Source: Eledone cirrhosa (taxonomy: Eukaryota). From it: DNA of 64,000 bases. The stretch's first letter is position 1. Each line of letters begins with the position of its first letter. The notes beneath the pieces are model-generated. The model saw nothing but the letters and a program-made list of their open reading frames with translations. It ran no database searches and was not told where the DNA came from. Of the stretch, positions 26,895 to 40,795 are shown in pieces. Both the position numbers and the translations under genes were made by a program. The stretch is taken from the NCBI GenBank assembly GCA_964016885.1, contig OZ024746.1, positions 85,746,001-85,810,000 of the forward strand, in the 5' to 3' direction.

Positions 26895-27055
26895 CCCTTG
26901 GTCAAACCCGATCAAGCCAACCTATGATCAAATGCATTTCAGCCATGATCATTTAATCTATTTTAGTTGCATCTAGAACTAGGTTATCTAATGCCTTTTC
27001 CTTAAAGACTGTTTTTTGAGGGAAATTTGGTTGCTACTTTTAGCAATTCAAGTTA
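26895..27055 (+). repeat. Interspersed repeat family D (unclassified, about 170-200 bp)
   Basis: ACCTATGATCAAA...TTATCYAATG...TTTGG.TGCTA.TT.TAGCA pattern. Recurs at about 30410-30575(-), 31325-31505(-), 38025-38215, 38715-38870, 39400-39590, 39880-40060, 41560-41680 and 42240-42390(-). Confidence 0.65.
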
Positions 27056-27656
27056 TTGCTGTGAATGAATAGAAATTTTTTATTTCTTAATGCTTTCATT
27101 ACTACATTAGTAATGAAAGAGTCAATGATTTTAAAGTAATTTTGAAAATAATAATAAATTTGGAAGTATTTAGTATATTAAGCTAGTGTTTGGAGTATAA
27201 CTTACAAGTTCTTAAGACTGATGTAAAGTTTTTAAATGAATATAAACAATTTAAAACAAACAGCTTTGTATCACAGGACCTGGGACAGTTAGGCAATTTG
27301 GTATAAAAAAGGGGTGAAGGTTTTGTTTTAGTTTGGAGATAGTTTGGAGATAATTTTGCCCATGGTCATGCATTTAGTGACATGAAGAGAAATATGTTTT
27401 ATAAAATTCTTTGTACAGTTTGTTTGAGGAATTGAGAATAAACAAAACTGAAATATTGGAAGATTATGAGTGATGTTTTAATAAAGTGAAATGGAATATG
27501 TCTATTCATATAAATTCAAGCTCTTGTTTTTTATTTCTATTGATAATATGTATTGGATAGCTTAGAATACCTCTTAGAAGTTTGCAAAATCAGGTTTATA
27601 TATCTTTGACAACTTAATAACTTGCTAACATGATTTACTACTTTAATAGCAACATA

Positions 27657-27878
27657 TGGTCGTGGATTGGCAGTATCGGTAGAGAGTCGGACACCATGCT
27701 TTGCAGCAAAGTTACGGCCCTTTATGATCTGAGTTCAAATCCCACCCAGGTTAACTTTGCCTTTCGTCCTTACGGGGTTGATAAAATAAAGCACCAGTAA
27801 TGCACTGGGGTCGGTTTAATCGACTTTCCCCTCCCCCAAATTACTGGCCTTGTGCCTATACTAGAAATCATTATTATT
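27657..27878 (+). mobile_element. tRNA-derived SINE with Meta-domain-like core (family A), best-preserved copy
   Basis: A-box-like TGGCAGTATCGG, B-box GAGTTCAAATCCC (27731-27743), core GCCTTTCGTCCTTACGGGGTTGATAAAATAAAGCACCAG, and (ATT)n tail. Other copies at about 1-60(-), 375-520(-), 1700-1850(+), 16170-16380(+), 23910-24028(+), 28241-28365(-), 28465-28550(+), 41190-41420(-) and 46440-46640(+). Confidence 0.85.
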
Positions 27879-30126
27879 TTGCTGCTGTTGGTCTTCATTG
27901 TAATCTTGCAAATTGTTACCAATTGTGTTTTACTTAGCTCACAGTAATTGATTCATCTCTAAGATGGGTACCACATCTTGTAAGTATTTTATTATAGGCC
28001 ACTTTCAGTCATAGCTGACTACTGGAAATTTTCCTCTCCAAAGTGCAAACTTGGACAGTGTTTTATGGAAGACCAGCAATCACCCATGCATGTCAGTCTC
28101 CCCTGTTCATGCCACTGATGTTGTCCAATACAGCTTGGTTCCTGTGTCATTTCAGATGGACTCAGAATGCAAAGGGCTGAAAGAGATACTGCAAGGCATC
28201 ACGCCTGACACTCTTACACTTGCCAATCTACTGCCTTGGATTAGTACTTGATTTATTGACCTGAAAGGATGAAAGGCAAAGTTGACCTCAACATGACTTT
28301 AAATCAGAACACAGACAACCAGAAGAATTACTGCAAAGCATTTTAATCTGATGCTCTAACTGCCCTGACAATTTACTGTGACAGTATCATAAGTACTTTA
28401 GTATTTTGCAAATGCTAAGTTTAATTCTTCCTGTAGCTGAAAAGCACCTTTTAAAACGTCTGAGCAGTAATGCACTGGGGTCGATTTAATTGACTTTTCT
28501 TGCAACCAAAATCATTAGCTTTGTGCCTAAATCAGAAACCATTATTATTATTTTTTTTTTTAACTTTTAAATATTTTTGAATAAGTTGTGAGTAGCAGCA
28601 AAAGCAGAGATGGAGAAACTGAACAAAAGTTTAATTGCCTTGAATCTATTTTGAATTCAACTATTTTGACATATAAATCATTGATAGAAATATGATATCA
28701 CCTATATTATAACTTATGAATAGAGAGTTCTGATATTATTTTGTAAATTGCTAAGGTTAAGAGCTTGGAGCTAAATGTTAAATCTGATATCATTTAATAG
28801 TGGTAACATTTTGACAATCATAATTTAGATTTCAAAAGTTTCTATTGGTTAAGTTCTCTTTCATCAGATATAATTATTAATATTAAAATCAATATTTGAA
28901 ACGAATACAATTTTACTTAACACATCAATACTGACAATTGACTCCAAATAGATTTTCTCTTATTTAATGACTCTGCATGGTATGTGTCTGTGTTTAATAT
29001 ATGCAATGTGTTTTTTATTTGAAATTTAACAAATGTAATTGTATTGATAGTTTATTGATCTCAAATTTGGAGTCTGATTTGGTTCTTTTCTTGCACTGCT
29101 AATTCAGTCAGCTTCAATTGTTATTTCCCCTTTGTGACCCCCCCCTCCCCTCTTCAGAAAAAGTATGTAGTAATTTATAATCTATCTTCCTGGTGTAACA
29201 TAGGCAGTGTAAAAGAAAGATTGAAAAGGTAGGTTCAATTAAGATCTAATTAATGTTAAAAGAAAAATAAATATTTGAGAGTAAGTGTTGGTTAGGGAGC
29301 ATACCTGTTGAATCATAGAAGCAACTAGACATGATGAAACATGTATAGGCTTGATGTAAAAACACTCCTGCTGCCACTGTTTTAACTGTAATTTCGCATT
29401 TTAAGAACTTTGTTGCTATAACAAAAAAAGGATTCTTTTCATGGGCACAAAGCTACATACAACTGAGATGATCAACTTCATGGAGAGGAAAAACTAGATT
29501 CCAACAGAATTTGACAAAATCAAATTTAAGGCAAGCCTTCCAAAAGTGTTAGGCATGTAAAAATTCAGGAGAGGTTGTGAAAGTAATGAAAAAATTTTTA
29601 TTTTATATTCTAGCTTTAGCTGGTTTTGCCAATTTTTCCTGTAAAAAAAAAAAAAACCTTTTAATTGTACATTTAACATCAGATTCACAAATTTAAAATC
29701 TAATAACTGTGCCCCCGCCCCATATTAAATAAGGACTCAATGAATTTCTTTCATTGAATGGGGAAAGGGGGTTGTAATTTAAAATGTTTTACTTTTGACC
29801 TAGTGTAAATAAGGAATTATTAACTCATTGAATTACAAAGACACACTGGTACATTTTAGTTTAGTTTCTAAAGCACAGATCCAAACAAAATCAAGCAAAT
29901 ATAATCAAAATATTTTTTTATTTTTAACAATTGTTTTGAAAAATGCAAAAGTTAACATGTAGTCCCAGCCCGAAGCAGTAATGCTGATGTACTGTTACTG
30001 AAGAGTCATGAATTTGAGTAAAATTAATTCTTATGCTGTGAGTGGTGAAAGGCACCAAAAGTAAACTTTTTAGATTTATAAAACTTTGGTTTCATGAATC
30101 TAGCTGTTTTCCCAGACTTAGTATTA

Positions 30127-30318
30127 TTGACCTTTTAGCATTTAAACTGGCCATATCCGGCCAGAATTCTCTCACCTTTTTCTGTTCAAACTGGTCGCTC
30201 ATACTGATAAGGTTTTGTTCTCAAAATAAATATCATAGATTCGATATTATGTGAAGTAAAGCTTTTACCACAAAAATGGTATATTAAATATAAAGTAATG
30301 TAAATGCTAAAGGGTAAA
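30127..30318. mobile_element. TTAA MITE copy
   Basis: TTGACCTTTTAGCATTTAAACTGGCC ... GTAAATGCTAAAGGGTAAA. Confidence 0.78.
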
Positions 30319-32604
30319 GTTATTGAATTGACAATAAAAGATTTTTCTTCCTTCTGGCACAAATTGATCTTTCAAGAATAAAAGGATGCATTTATTTTGT
30401 TGTAGTTTGAAATTTAAGGAAGTTAGAAAGTAGCAATAAATTGGAGGAGACTATTAAACTAGTTGATGAAACCAATAAGGAAATACTCATTAGCTAATGT
30501 AGTCCTAGATACACTAAATAAAAGATAGGTTACAATATGAACAGCTGTCAAGGATGACCTGGGGCAAAACAGCAAACATTACCATGTCTTAAGAATTTTC
30601 AGACAAGTAAATTGGATGTTGTATATAAATTGATGATTTATGAATTTGAAAATGTTTCTTCCTTATTGGAACCATACATAATAACCATTTTGAGATTGTT
30701 TAATCTATTTTGGTTAGCATTTCATTACACAATGAATGTATGTTGACTAAATAACTATTCGTTATTCACTATTTAATTAGTCAACCTTCAAACTCTGGTT
30801 TATTGCTGCTGTAAATGCTAAAGGGCGATACCTTTTCAATGATTATCAAAGCTTTTTGTCATTTTCTAAGTGAATTGACTTTTAAATATCATTTCATTAA
30901 ATCTTTATTTAAATAAAATTAAATCCTTTAATTTGTCTGAATGTTATTATGCTAAATATTTTCATGTAATTTTCAATATTTCGAAAATAAATGGAAATGT
31001 TAATTAGTGCTGGTAGCCTTTTAATGAAAGATAATTTAATTTTTTTTCTTTGTTTATTTATAGACATTTTGTTAAAGTTATCCTATCTTACTGATGTAGG
31101 TCTGGCATTATATTCTGCAAATAAAGTAGTAGTGTCAGCTAATCATTTTATGTTACACTTATCATCCAGTGTCGTTTTATTCTGTTATTTCATTATTTTA
31201 TTGAGTCTGTTTAGCAACATCTGTTGTATTACTAATATTATTGAGGTGTGATCTATTGCATATGTTAGCAGATGAAATTAGGATGAATATTTTATTTTAC
31301 TCTCACAATGCTGAAAAAATTAGCCAATGAGGGAGTCAATGCATGGTTACTTGACCTGTTAGATATAGCAATCAAATCACAAATCATATCTGCTACTTTA
31401 AAAAAAAAGTATATGTTGGTTAATTTAGTCTGAGATAAGGAAATATGGCTAGATGGCCATTGCTATAGGTCTGCTTGATCAGGGCTGACCTGGGCTTAGC
31501 AACAATAATAGCCACTAAAAAGAATATTCTAAAAACATTGCAAATATATAAAAATATAATTAAAACAATCTAATTGTAATATTGCAGATATAGTTTTTGC
31601 TTTAATTTCCAACCCAGCAAGACTATCAGGTATTTCAAATCTAATGTGGATGGATGATCAATGTTGAAGATTAATATTATAGCTGAAAATGGGAATGAGG
31701 TTCTTATTTTATCTAACACACTGAAGATTAATAAGCTATAGAAATGGATAGGTTCTGTGATATATTTAAAAAGAATATTGCATTGTTTATAGCAAGCTAT
31801 TCTGTGTATGAATAACAGTAGACAAGTAAGCACTGTTGCAATTATTTTTGAGTTTTGGGTGGGTGGAATCTATGAGCTGCTTGGCATTGGGGCACTCTCC
31901 CATCACAAACCCTTGCTCTGGTTGCACATCATCTAGAACATAATGTTATACTACTGTGCCTTTGATATGGTGGCAAATGTTTGTATTCAATTTTGAAAGA
32001 GCATATGGTAATGATAGGGAAGATAGTGTTGATATAGCTGCTGAGTGAGTCTTTTTGTCAATATACTTTCTTGGGATTGGATTGAATATTAGGAAAGAAT
32101 GCATAATTTCAAAGGTGAGATGATTACTTGTCAGGCTTAAAAGAAACTTATATTTTTGAAGAATGGAGCAACAACATTATCATTGCCATTTAATGTTCAT
32201 TTTCCATGCTTGCATCAGTTAGATGAGTTGTCATGTAAGGCTAGCTAGGTCAGGTGACCATATTTTTGCTCATACAGATTTGTTTTGGGCTCGGTTTTCT
32301 GCAGCTGGATGTTCTTAATGCCAATCACTTTATAGTGTGTACTGGGAGCTTTTCTCATGGCACCACTGCTACCACATTATAGGTTGGACTGGTTGCTTTT
32401 TATCATGGCATCAGCACAACTATCTTACAGGGTGGACTGGGTGCTTTTTTGCCATGGCACCAGCACAAGACACATGGTAGGAATTCTGCTAATTAATTTC
32501 ATAGATCTTCAAGCAATCAGAATAAGTGCTGGTTGATGAAAGAATACAGTGACAGTTTTGATCTTTTTGAAATAGTCTCTTTTGCAAAAGTTGTAATTGA
32601 AGGC

Positions 32605-33541
32605 AGAAAATGAATCAGTTAGCATCAGTGGTTGATGTGTGCAGATTTTTATTTGTCCTTGGCATAAGAGAAATTGGCTGTAGTGTGCAAGAGAGAAGAC
32701 TGTATTGGTATGGCTATGTGATGCGCATGGAAGATGGTAGCTGCATAAAGAAATGCTGAGACCTGTGGAAGAGTCAGACCCAGGAAAACATAGGATGAGG
32801 TTGTAAGGACTGACCTTAGTCATTTCTGTTGTAAGGTTTAGCTTTCTAAAGACCGCAAAGGTTGGCATTACGCCGTGCTGAAGAAGACCCGACCTACAAC
32901 TTACTATGTGACCTGACCTACTCTCCTTCTTCCACTAGTACTCCTTAATAGTTATTCTCAACTTCATAACGTCAATCCCTTGCAAACACACATTTCTGTC
33001 AGCCCCCCCCCCCCCGTGAAATGCTTGGTGATAGGAAGGGCTTCCAGCCATGGAGAACTTACCATGCAAGCAAAGGGTTGGAAGGACCCTTCAGTCATGT
33101 CATGGACATGACAAGTGTTAGTGATCTACACTATAAATGCACCCAGTACACATTGTAAAGTGGTTGGTGATAGGAAGAGCATCCAACCATAGAAAACTTG
33201 CCAAAGGGTCGGGAGGACTCTCCAGTCGTGTCAAGGGCATGACAACCTCCCTAGTGTTGGTGATCTACATGATAAATGCACCCAGTACACACTGTAAAGT
33301 GGTTGGTGATAAGAAGAGCATCTAGCTGTAGATATCTTGCCAAACAAATGGTTGGGAGAACCCTCAGTTGTGTCAAAGGCATGACAACCTCTCCCGAGCA
33401 CGTGATGGAATATGAGGCCATACATAAACGCACAGATCCCTGACTTGCCTGGGAGATGCGGGGCTCTGCTTCAGTACAGACTTGGTCTATAAGGACCTAC
33501 TAGCAAAGAAAGTGGACATTAAAATGACAATGATGGTGATG
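32605..33541 (+). mobile_element. RTE 3' end with three to four tandem UTR units and tail
   Basis: VQERRLYWYG and CGRVRPRKT remnants; units at 33015-33395; GGACATTAAAATGACAATGATGGTGATG tail. Confidence 0.83.
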
Positions 33542-34009
33542 TACAGTTTCCACTTTTGGTAAACCATTTCAGTTTTTAATGTATTAAACATTTATTGGAT
33601 CTAAATCCATTGCAAATTCTTGTGTGTATTGTTTATAAAAGATGCCTTTATGTGGTAACATGCTTAGAGCTTTAAAATTACACAGCATTTATAAGCTGAT
33701 TGTATTTGAACTCAGAATTCTGATTACATTTATGGGACAGTGTTGACATCCTAACAATTTCATCTTTGTGACAGTAAATGATTTATTTTTTTACTGATAG
33801 ATAACATGTTTATTTTTTTGATTGTTTTCTAACTATGCTGCTCTTTTCCTATTAATTTACATATGAAAGTGTAGTTCATTTTCAGAAATTTAGAATTAGC
33901 TTTGATAATTCTTATAATTATTCTGTTTGAATGTACTTCAAATACTTCAATGTTAAGTTATTTACAATTTGTTGACTGTTTCTGTATGCTACAAATAATT
34001 ATTTAATTA

Positions 34010-34265
34010 GATTCTCTTCTTCGCCCACTTATTCTTGTGAGGGTTGTCAAACACACCTTCCAGTGGGTCCTGTCAGAAGCAACCTCTCCAATTGATCCGG
34101 CTGGATCCCCAAGCGAGACCAGTTATTCAACCATCTTGCTCAGGGTACACTCCTGGGTCTCCTGCCAGTTGGTTTTGCCCATAAAAATCTGTCCAGTGAT
34201 TCTTTCCTGAGACATTCTAACGACATGCCCATAGTATCGGAGCTATGATCTTTCAATTTGGAGAA
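34010..34265 (-). mobile_element. Rex3/Expander-like RTE 3' end (shorter related copy at about 4050-4135)
   Basis: Minus strand reads QIERS*LRYYGHVVRMSQER. About 60 bp are shared with 4072-4132 (TGAGACATTCTAA...ACATGCCCATA...TCAATTTGGAGAA). Confidence 0.7.
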
Positions 34266-35569
34266 TTAAATTTTTCTGAAAAATATTTGCGACACTAAAA
34301 GCAAGGCATAGGAACCAGTTGGCTATTGTGCTTTTTACATAATAGCCTATTAACATGGATTATATAATTAAGTATATTCTTTCATTAAACTGTTGCCATG
34401 CTGGAGCATCATTTCTAAAGGTTTTAGTTAATCATATGACCCCCCCAATACATACTCTTAAGTCTAGTATTTATTCTGTTAATTTCTATTTATTGAATCA
34501 CAAAGCATAAAGAGCTCAAGTGTAGGTGCACACATACATGTGTGTGTATCCAGTTTAGAATAGGTACTGTATCTGTGTCATAGAGGCGATTAAAAGGTTT
34601 AGTGCCTGGAAGGTCATCCAATCATAAAGCATTGCTTTAAAAAGGACCCTTGGGGTAAACCTGAAACCTGTTATGAGACCCACATGGCTAACTGCTGCTT
34701 TAGCAGAGGAAACTGGCCTTAAGACACTTGGTGCTGCATATATAACAGATGTACACACAGTTTCCATCTATCAAATTTCACTTCTAGAATCTTTTGAGGC
34801 AGTAGCGTATGAAACTTTTTGAAAAAGTGTCAAATGGTGCATAAATATTGTCATTGATAAAAGATTATATCCTAAAATAGGTCTATTGGACAAGGATGTC
34901 AGGCAACTCTAAATTTACCAATGCCAATCTACATCACCATCATTAGCTCTCCTAGATGGGTTAGGAAGTCTTACTGATATGTTCTATTTTTGGCATGATT
35001 TATACATCTGGATACCCTTTCTACTGCCAAGCCCATTAGTGTGTGTTGGGTGTTTTGTGACATCTGTACTAAAGATTTTATCTTGTCTCCAGATTACTAA
35101 AGTCTTCTCTCTTCCTAATGTTATTTCCATTTATTGGCCAATCCCTTTAGTGTTTCCTTGATGTAGTTTATCATGACATCAACACTAAAGAGGTTGCCTT
35201 ATCCTCTGGCAAGACCATAGTCTGCTCTACTCTATTACCTTCATTCAAGCTATGAGTAAGGGAGTAAACAGACCCAGGGCAAAAGGATGATAGAAGAGAT
35301 GGGATGATGGAGGCAAATGGATGACAGAGGAAGATGTAATTGAAGAGATAGGCATCTTCATGCTGTAGTTGGTAAGGAAGCTGAATAGAAAATAAAAGCT
35401 AGCAGGAACATAGTATATTTGAAACAAGATACGCGAGTCACACTCATTCAATTGACTACCTGTGAGTCTAAAGGTCGTCTCAATTGTCTCAATCAAAGCT
35501 GACCTATAAGACTAAAATATTGAAATAAGTGAAAAAAATCTGATTATCAAAATATAAACTATGAGTAAT

Positions 35570-35755
35570 GTTCCTTTAGCATTTACATACTCTATATATA
35601 CTATTATGCTTTCTCTGTAAAGGCTTTACCTCACATAATATAGAATGTATGAGATTTTCATATTATTTTGAGAACAATACCTTAACATGAGGGGCCAATT
35701 ACAGCCGGTGAGAAAATTCTGGCCAGATATGCCGGTTTAAATGCTAAAAGGTTAA
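35570..35755. mobile_element. TTAA MITE copy
   Basis: CCTTTAGCATTTAC ... TTTAAATGCTAAAAGGTTAA; same orientation as 24736. Confidence 0.78.
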
Positions 35756-35958
35756 TCTTGATTAAGAAATGGTAAATAAATTGCTTTGGAAGCAATATTT
35801 TATCAAGGCAAGTAGACTTTTACATGCATAATCATAAGACATTTTGAGTCTGTTTTCACGGTGGCTGTTAACTTATAGAGATGTTTCTCTTTTTTTTTTC
35901 TTTTTTTTTTTTGTTTCATACTCTTAAAGTTCCTTATATGCACATCTTATAATGTTTG

Positions 35959-35989
<31 letters not shown>

Positions 35990-36682
35990 CTCTAGGAAAT
36001 ATAATCCCTATAAAATGTAGTCTTTCAGTAATGACCTTGACAAAGTGGTAAATTATGTAACCTATTAGTAGAGTTCATATTAACTATGCTGTTGATGGAA
36101 ACATTGATTAGTTAGTTCTGCAAATTTGGATTGTTGTAACCAGTTCTTTTCAAGATGAGGAATTAAAGTTTATAGTGTGTGACCCCTTACACCTGAGTTT
36201 CTCAGCCCCCTACTTTGATTTCATTATATTTATTATATTTTTTGTGCCCTATCTCCCCCACCTCTTTCATTTGCTCATTTATGATTAGTTATTCAGGGTA
36301 AAATATCAATATAGAAACCTTTTGATAATAGGTTTCAATACAAGTCACCACCCATGCAGTTATTTTTGGATGCTGATAAATGAATAGTTCTTATAAAATA
36401 CAACAGTTCATTTAATTTTTCTTCCCAGCTTCATTAACACATTCAGAAATTACCAATTTTTTATGTTATATCTTTTAGTCCATATTTCTTTTTTATATCT
36501 TTTTTTTCCATAAAATTTATATCTTTTTTTCCATAAATATTTCAACTTATGTTTTCCATGATGCCAAATCTATGTTGATTAAACTTTCCTGGCTAAATGC
36601 TTTTGATTATAAATATGGAAGCATGCTTCTTATATAATATAAACATGTAAAAGGATTTTTTTAGACTGATCATCTTAGTCTT

Positions 36683-36714
<32 letters not shown>

Positions 36715-39700
36715 GACAGGAAGCAATGTCGGACATTATGAAATTACTACATTATAATTCATTGAAATGTTATTTTACCTTAAAATCTTTAGCAGTATAA
36801 TTTTATTTTACCTTAAATGTTATTTTACGTTAAAATCTTTAGCAGTATAATTTTATAAAGAAAAAAAATTTTTAAAGTTATTAGGAATTAAAAATTATAT
36901 TCAATTTTTTATGTGAAATATTGTCCTTATCTATTTTAGAATGTTAATTCTATGAAACACTCGGTAAAGATGTTTGAGGATTCGGTTTTCTTATAATCTG
37001 TTAGTGTTCAATGATTTTTTTTTTTTTTTTTTTGTTTGTAAATCTAATAAAGTCTTGTGTATGTTTTTTAAGCAAATATTCATTATTAGCTTCTATTTTA
37101 AAAGTAGTAGCCTGACAATGTCAAACAAATGTCCTAAGTGCAACAATCAATAATAATGTGTTAGTTTTAGCTTTTGCATGTTGTCAAGCTTTCAAATTAT
37201 GTTAAAAACATTTGATAGTGTATTGTTAGTTTATAACAAATCCATGTCTTGACACTGATATGAGACTGCTCTTCGGTACAGTTGTTTTATTCTGAAGCAG
37301 AAATAATTTGTAAATCAATATTATATTTCTAGTGTAATCTACATTGAACTGCAGTATTTCTCTGAGGCTGTTCAGCATTCTTCTGCTACTAGCTTCGCTG
37401 TTGTAATAACATATAGTAGTTGCACAGCTGGCAAGCTAATGGGGGTAGGTAGGTTGTGATCGAATGATTTCAGTCATAATAATTTTGTCTGAAGAGGCAT
37501 TACATTTTATGGTATTTAGAAACATATATAGGGAATTTTTTTAAAACTGAAAGCTTTTAACAAAATCATAATTATATTTAATTATATATCAACAACAAAA
37601 AAATTTATTTAAAAAATCCAGACTGATTTACATATAATTCCCACCAAATAAGACTGCTACTTGGTTGAAAAACATAAATTTTATATCAGTATGTGGAACT
37701 GCATGATATATTTCTCATGAAACATCTACAGGATTAGTATTTTGCAAACTGCTGTTATTTCTGTTGATAAATGCTTTCTTGGTGGAAGACATAGGATTAT
37801 CGGGTGATACTTTGTATGGGTGGCCCATCCAAATCATCGCGTGGAAAATGGACATTATTATAATGTTGGAATAAAGCTGATTTAAGGCTTGAAATTCAAT
37901 ATGAAAGCTAGGTATAGATAACTGTCTTTTAAGAAAGAGCTTAGCCTTGTAGCAGTGCCAAAAGTGGCATTTGAATCAAGAATTCTCATAATAATTTAAC
38001 ACTTTGCTTAGCTCATGATGTTTAACCCATAGCTTAATCTTGGTCAAGTTGACCTATGATCAAATCTTCATAATCTTGTTTTTTTGTTTTTTTTCTTACT
38101 GTGCAGAGAGCCCAATATCACATTATCCAATGTTTCTTTTTCTAAGATAGTTGTGTAATTTGAAAAGTATTTACCACCTATTTACAACAAGTCGAGCCAT
38201 TACATAGACTCCATTGAGTCAACACATAGTTTTTGTGTATGGTTCTCATTTAGTATCAATAAATGCTTTTGACTTGGAAGAGTAGATTTACTTCTAGGAC
38301 CCAAAAAAGCATCATGGAAATTGTCTTTTTCAGTATTTAGGAAAGGCAAATTCTCATTAATCGTTACAATAGTTTATGCTGAAATTGTGGACAAACTGAT
38401 AAATTTAGGTGTATTGGAGTAGTTAACTGCACAGGCAACCATAAACTTTAGACTGTATTGCTCAGTTAGCCTGTTAGAAGGCTCCAAGTTATTACCTCTT
38501 AGAAATAATAATGGCAAGTGACTAGAGTAAGAGATCGAAAGGTAAATTTTAATGGATTGATACTCCTGTAATATTGCATTAGATGCAAACAAACTGCATA
38601 AAAGTACCATAAAGATAGCTTAAATTTGGGTGAATAATGAAACAATTTAGATTGCTTTTGTTCCTTAACTTTTTCAGTTTTTATTAAATCACTTCTTTGC
38701 CAATGATCATTACCTTAGAGCAAATTGCCCTGATTGAATAGATCTATGATTAAAGGTATTCCAGCAATGAGAATCCTCTCTTTCAAACTTGGTGTACTCT
38801 AAGTTACATTATCCTATATGTCCTTATTTCAAAAGATATTAGTCTGCTATTTCTAGTGGGTCAAGCTATAGGCTGTTTCTTTACCGCCCTACATTAGTCA
38901 GCATTATTGGTTACAATTTATATAATTTCCAAGAAATGACTAAGTAATAATTCTCTATTTGCCTTAGTTTTAATTTACATCAAGAATGTTTTGGTTGGAA
39001 ACAGTAATCTGCTGCCAAAAAAAAAAAAGAAGAAAAATCAGCTGTGGCTGTTTGGGCATTTTTATTTCTTTTGTTCAACTATGTTAATGTTCTTTATTGT
39101 TACAGAATCTATTTTAATCAAGTTTATTTTGATTAGGAAATATATAATTCATGGTTCTATTACACAACAAAATCTTTTGTCAATTGTTTTTTTATCAACT
39201 TGTACAACAGCTGTTTGTCTAGTTTTGTTTTTTTAGTTATCTACTTGTCAGGAAAGTAGTGAAACATGAATTCTTATCCACAATGCTCTGGCATTATTAG
39301 TTCCACCTGCAGCTTTCCATTAGACACCTTATGTAGGCATCTAGCTCTTTTAGCATTGCTAATATTTGATCAGCTATGTTGATAAAAGTTGATGCTGCTA
39401 TTTAGTCCCAGGTCGATCCCGAGTGAGCAAACCTATGATCAAAGATGTCTCTGCTTTGCCCCTTATGTCTTTTATATTTAGGACTACATCCAAAGTACTT
39501 TTTTGTTATAAGGTGTAGGGTGATTTGAAGGTGATTTTTGTCTCTTTCTATCAGATTGTGCAACCAAGTAGAAACTCCTTCATTGGCTTCTTACTTAATT
39601 TTAGACACATAGCTTATAAACTGTATTGCAGTGAAGTATTTTGAAAATAAAATGACTTTATGGGGAAAATACTTTGTTCTGGATTGCTCTGGGAAATTAC

Positions 39701-40286
39701 AATTAAAGTTTTACTCTTGTTGACTTTGTGTTCACTGTATATTAGCATTATTTGATGCAATGTTGCAAACTAATGTGCTCTCGCTCTCTCTCTCTCCTTC
39801 AGTGATCACTCACACAAAATTAGTTTGATTATATTTGATAAAGACTATGCAACACTAATGTAAGAATTGAGAGAATGGACACTGATCAACTGATGAGTGA
39901 ACCTATTATCAGTCATTCTAACAATGACCAGTCTGATTTTTTTTTCTTCATCTAAGACACAGGATCTTATTATCCAATGTTCCTTTGCTTAGATGGTAAG
40001 ATCTGATTTAAATGACATTTAAAGCAAGTCAAGCAACCACATACATGTCCTCCTTGTTAACTGAGTTAATCATGCAGCAAAACATTTAACTAAATTTTTA
40101 ATGAAAACACAAACACACTGCTTATGATTTTAAAAATTATTTTGTATCATAAAACCATGGTTGGTTTCAGGCAGTTTGGTATGAAGAGTTAAAACATTCA
40201 TTTCAGAAAGGCATATATTTATCTAATTTCTTTTTTTTTTTTTGTACATTTTGATGAATTTTCTTTTTTTTTCTTTCTTTTTTCAG

Positions 40287-40494
40287 CTCCAAAATGTTGG
40301 CATCAATGCCTCTAATATTGGGTTTAGCACCCTTACTATGGAATCAGATAAATACATATGTATAAGAGAAAAGGTTGGAGAAACTGCTCAGGTTGTCATT
40401 ATTGATTTAAATGATGCTACCAACCCAATTCGCCGACCTATCTCCGCTGACTCTGCCATCATGAACCCAGCAAGTAAAGTTATTGCATTAAAAG
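40287..40494 (+). CDS. CLTC: Clathrin heavy chain, coding exon 2 (208 nt; [69 protein letters not shown])
   Basis: T-rich tract and TTTCAG acceptor ending at 40286. Near-identical to the clathrin terminal beta-propeller domain. Donor AAG|GTCAGT at 40495 (phase 1). Joins exon 1 in frame. Confidence 0.98.
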
Positions 40495-40564
40495 GTCAGT
40501 ATCCTGTCTTTAAATCATGTACAGATGTGAAACGAACCAGCAACTTCTATTCTTTTATAACTCA

Positions 40565-40795
40565 TTTTCTCTCCCCGCTCTTGCTTGCTTTTCTCTCTCT
40601 CTCTTTCTCCCCGCACTTGCTCGCTTTTCTCTCTCTTTCTCCTCGCTTTTCTCTCTCTCTCTTTCTCCCCGCTCTTGCTCGCTTTTCTCTCTCTCTCTTT
40701 CTCCCCCTCTTGCTCGCTTTTCTCTCTCTCTCTCTTTTCTCTCTCTCTTTCTGCCCCTCTTGCTCGCTTCTCTCTCTCTCTCCCCTCTTGTCTGC
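40565..40795 (+). repeat. CT-rich minisatellite (unit about CTCTTGCTCGCTTTTCTCTCTCTCTCTTTCTCCCCG, roughly six copies)
   Basis: Directly visible; almost no A over about 230 bp; begins 70 bp after the exon 2 donor. Confidence 0.9.

Noticed and set aside
27657-27750. tRNA-like A/B boxes
   Set aside because: No cloverleaf, box spacing is extended, and the sequence continues into a multi-copy SINE body.
39885-39915. CTGATGAG resembling a hammerhead ribozyme core
   Set aside because: No stem II followed by GAAA and no cleavage-site helix; it lies in repeat family D. The other CTGATGA hits I checked are YADD codons, stop codons, the mariner TIR or lack hammerhead stems.
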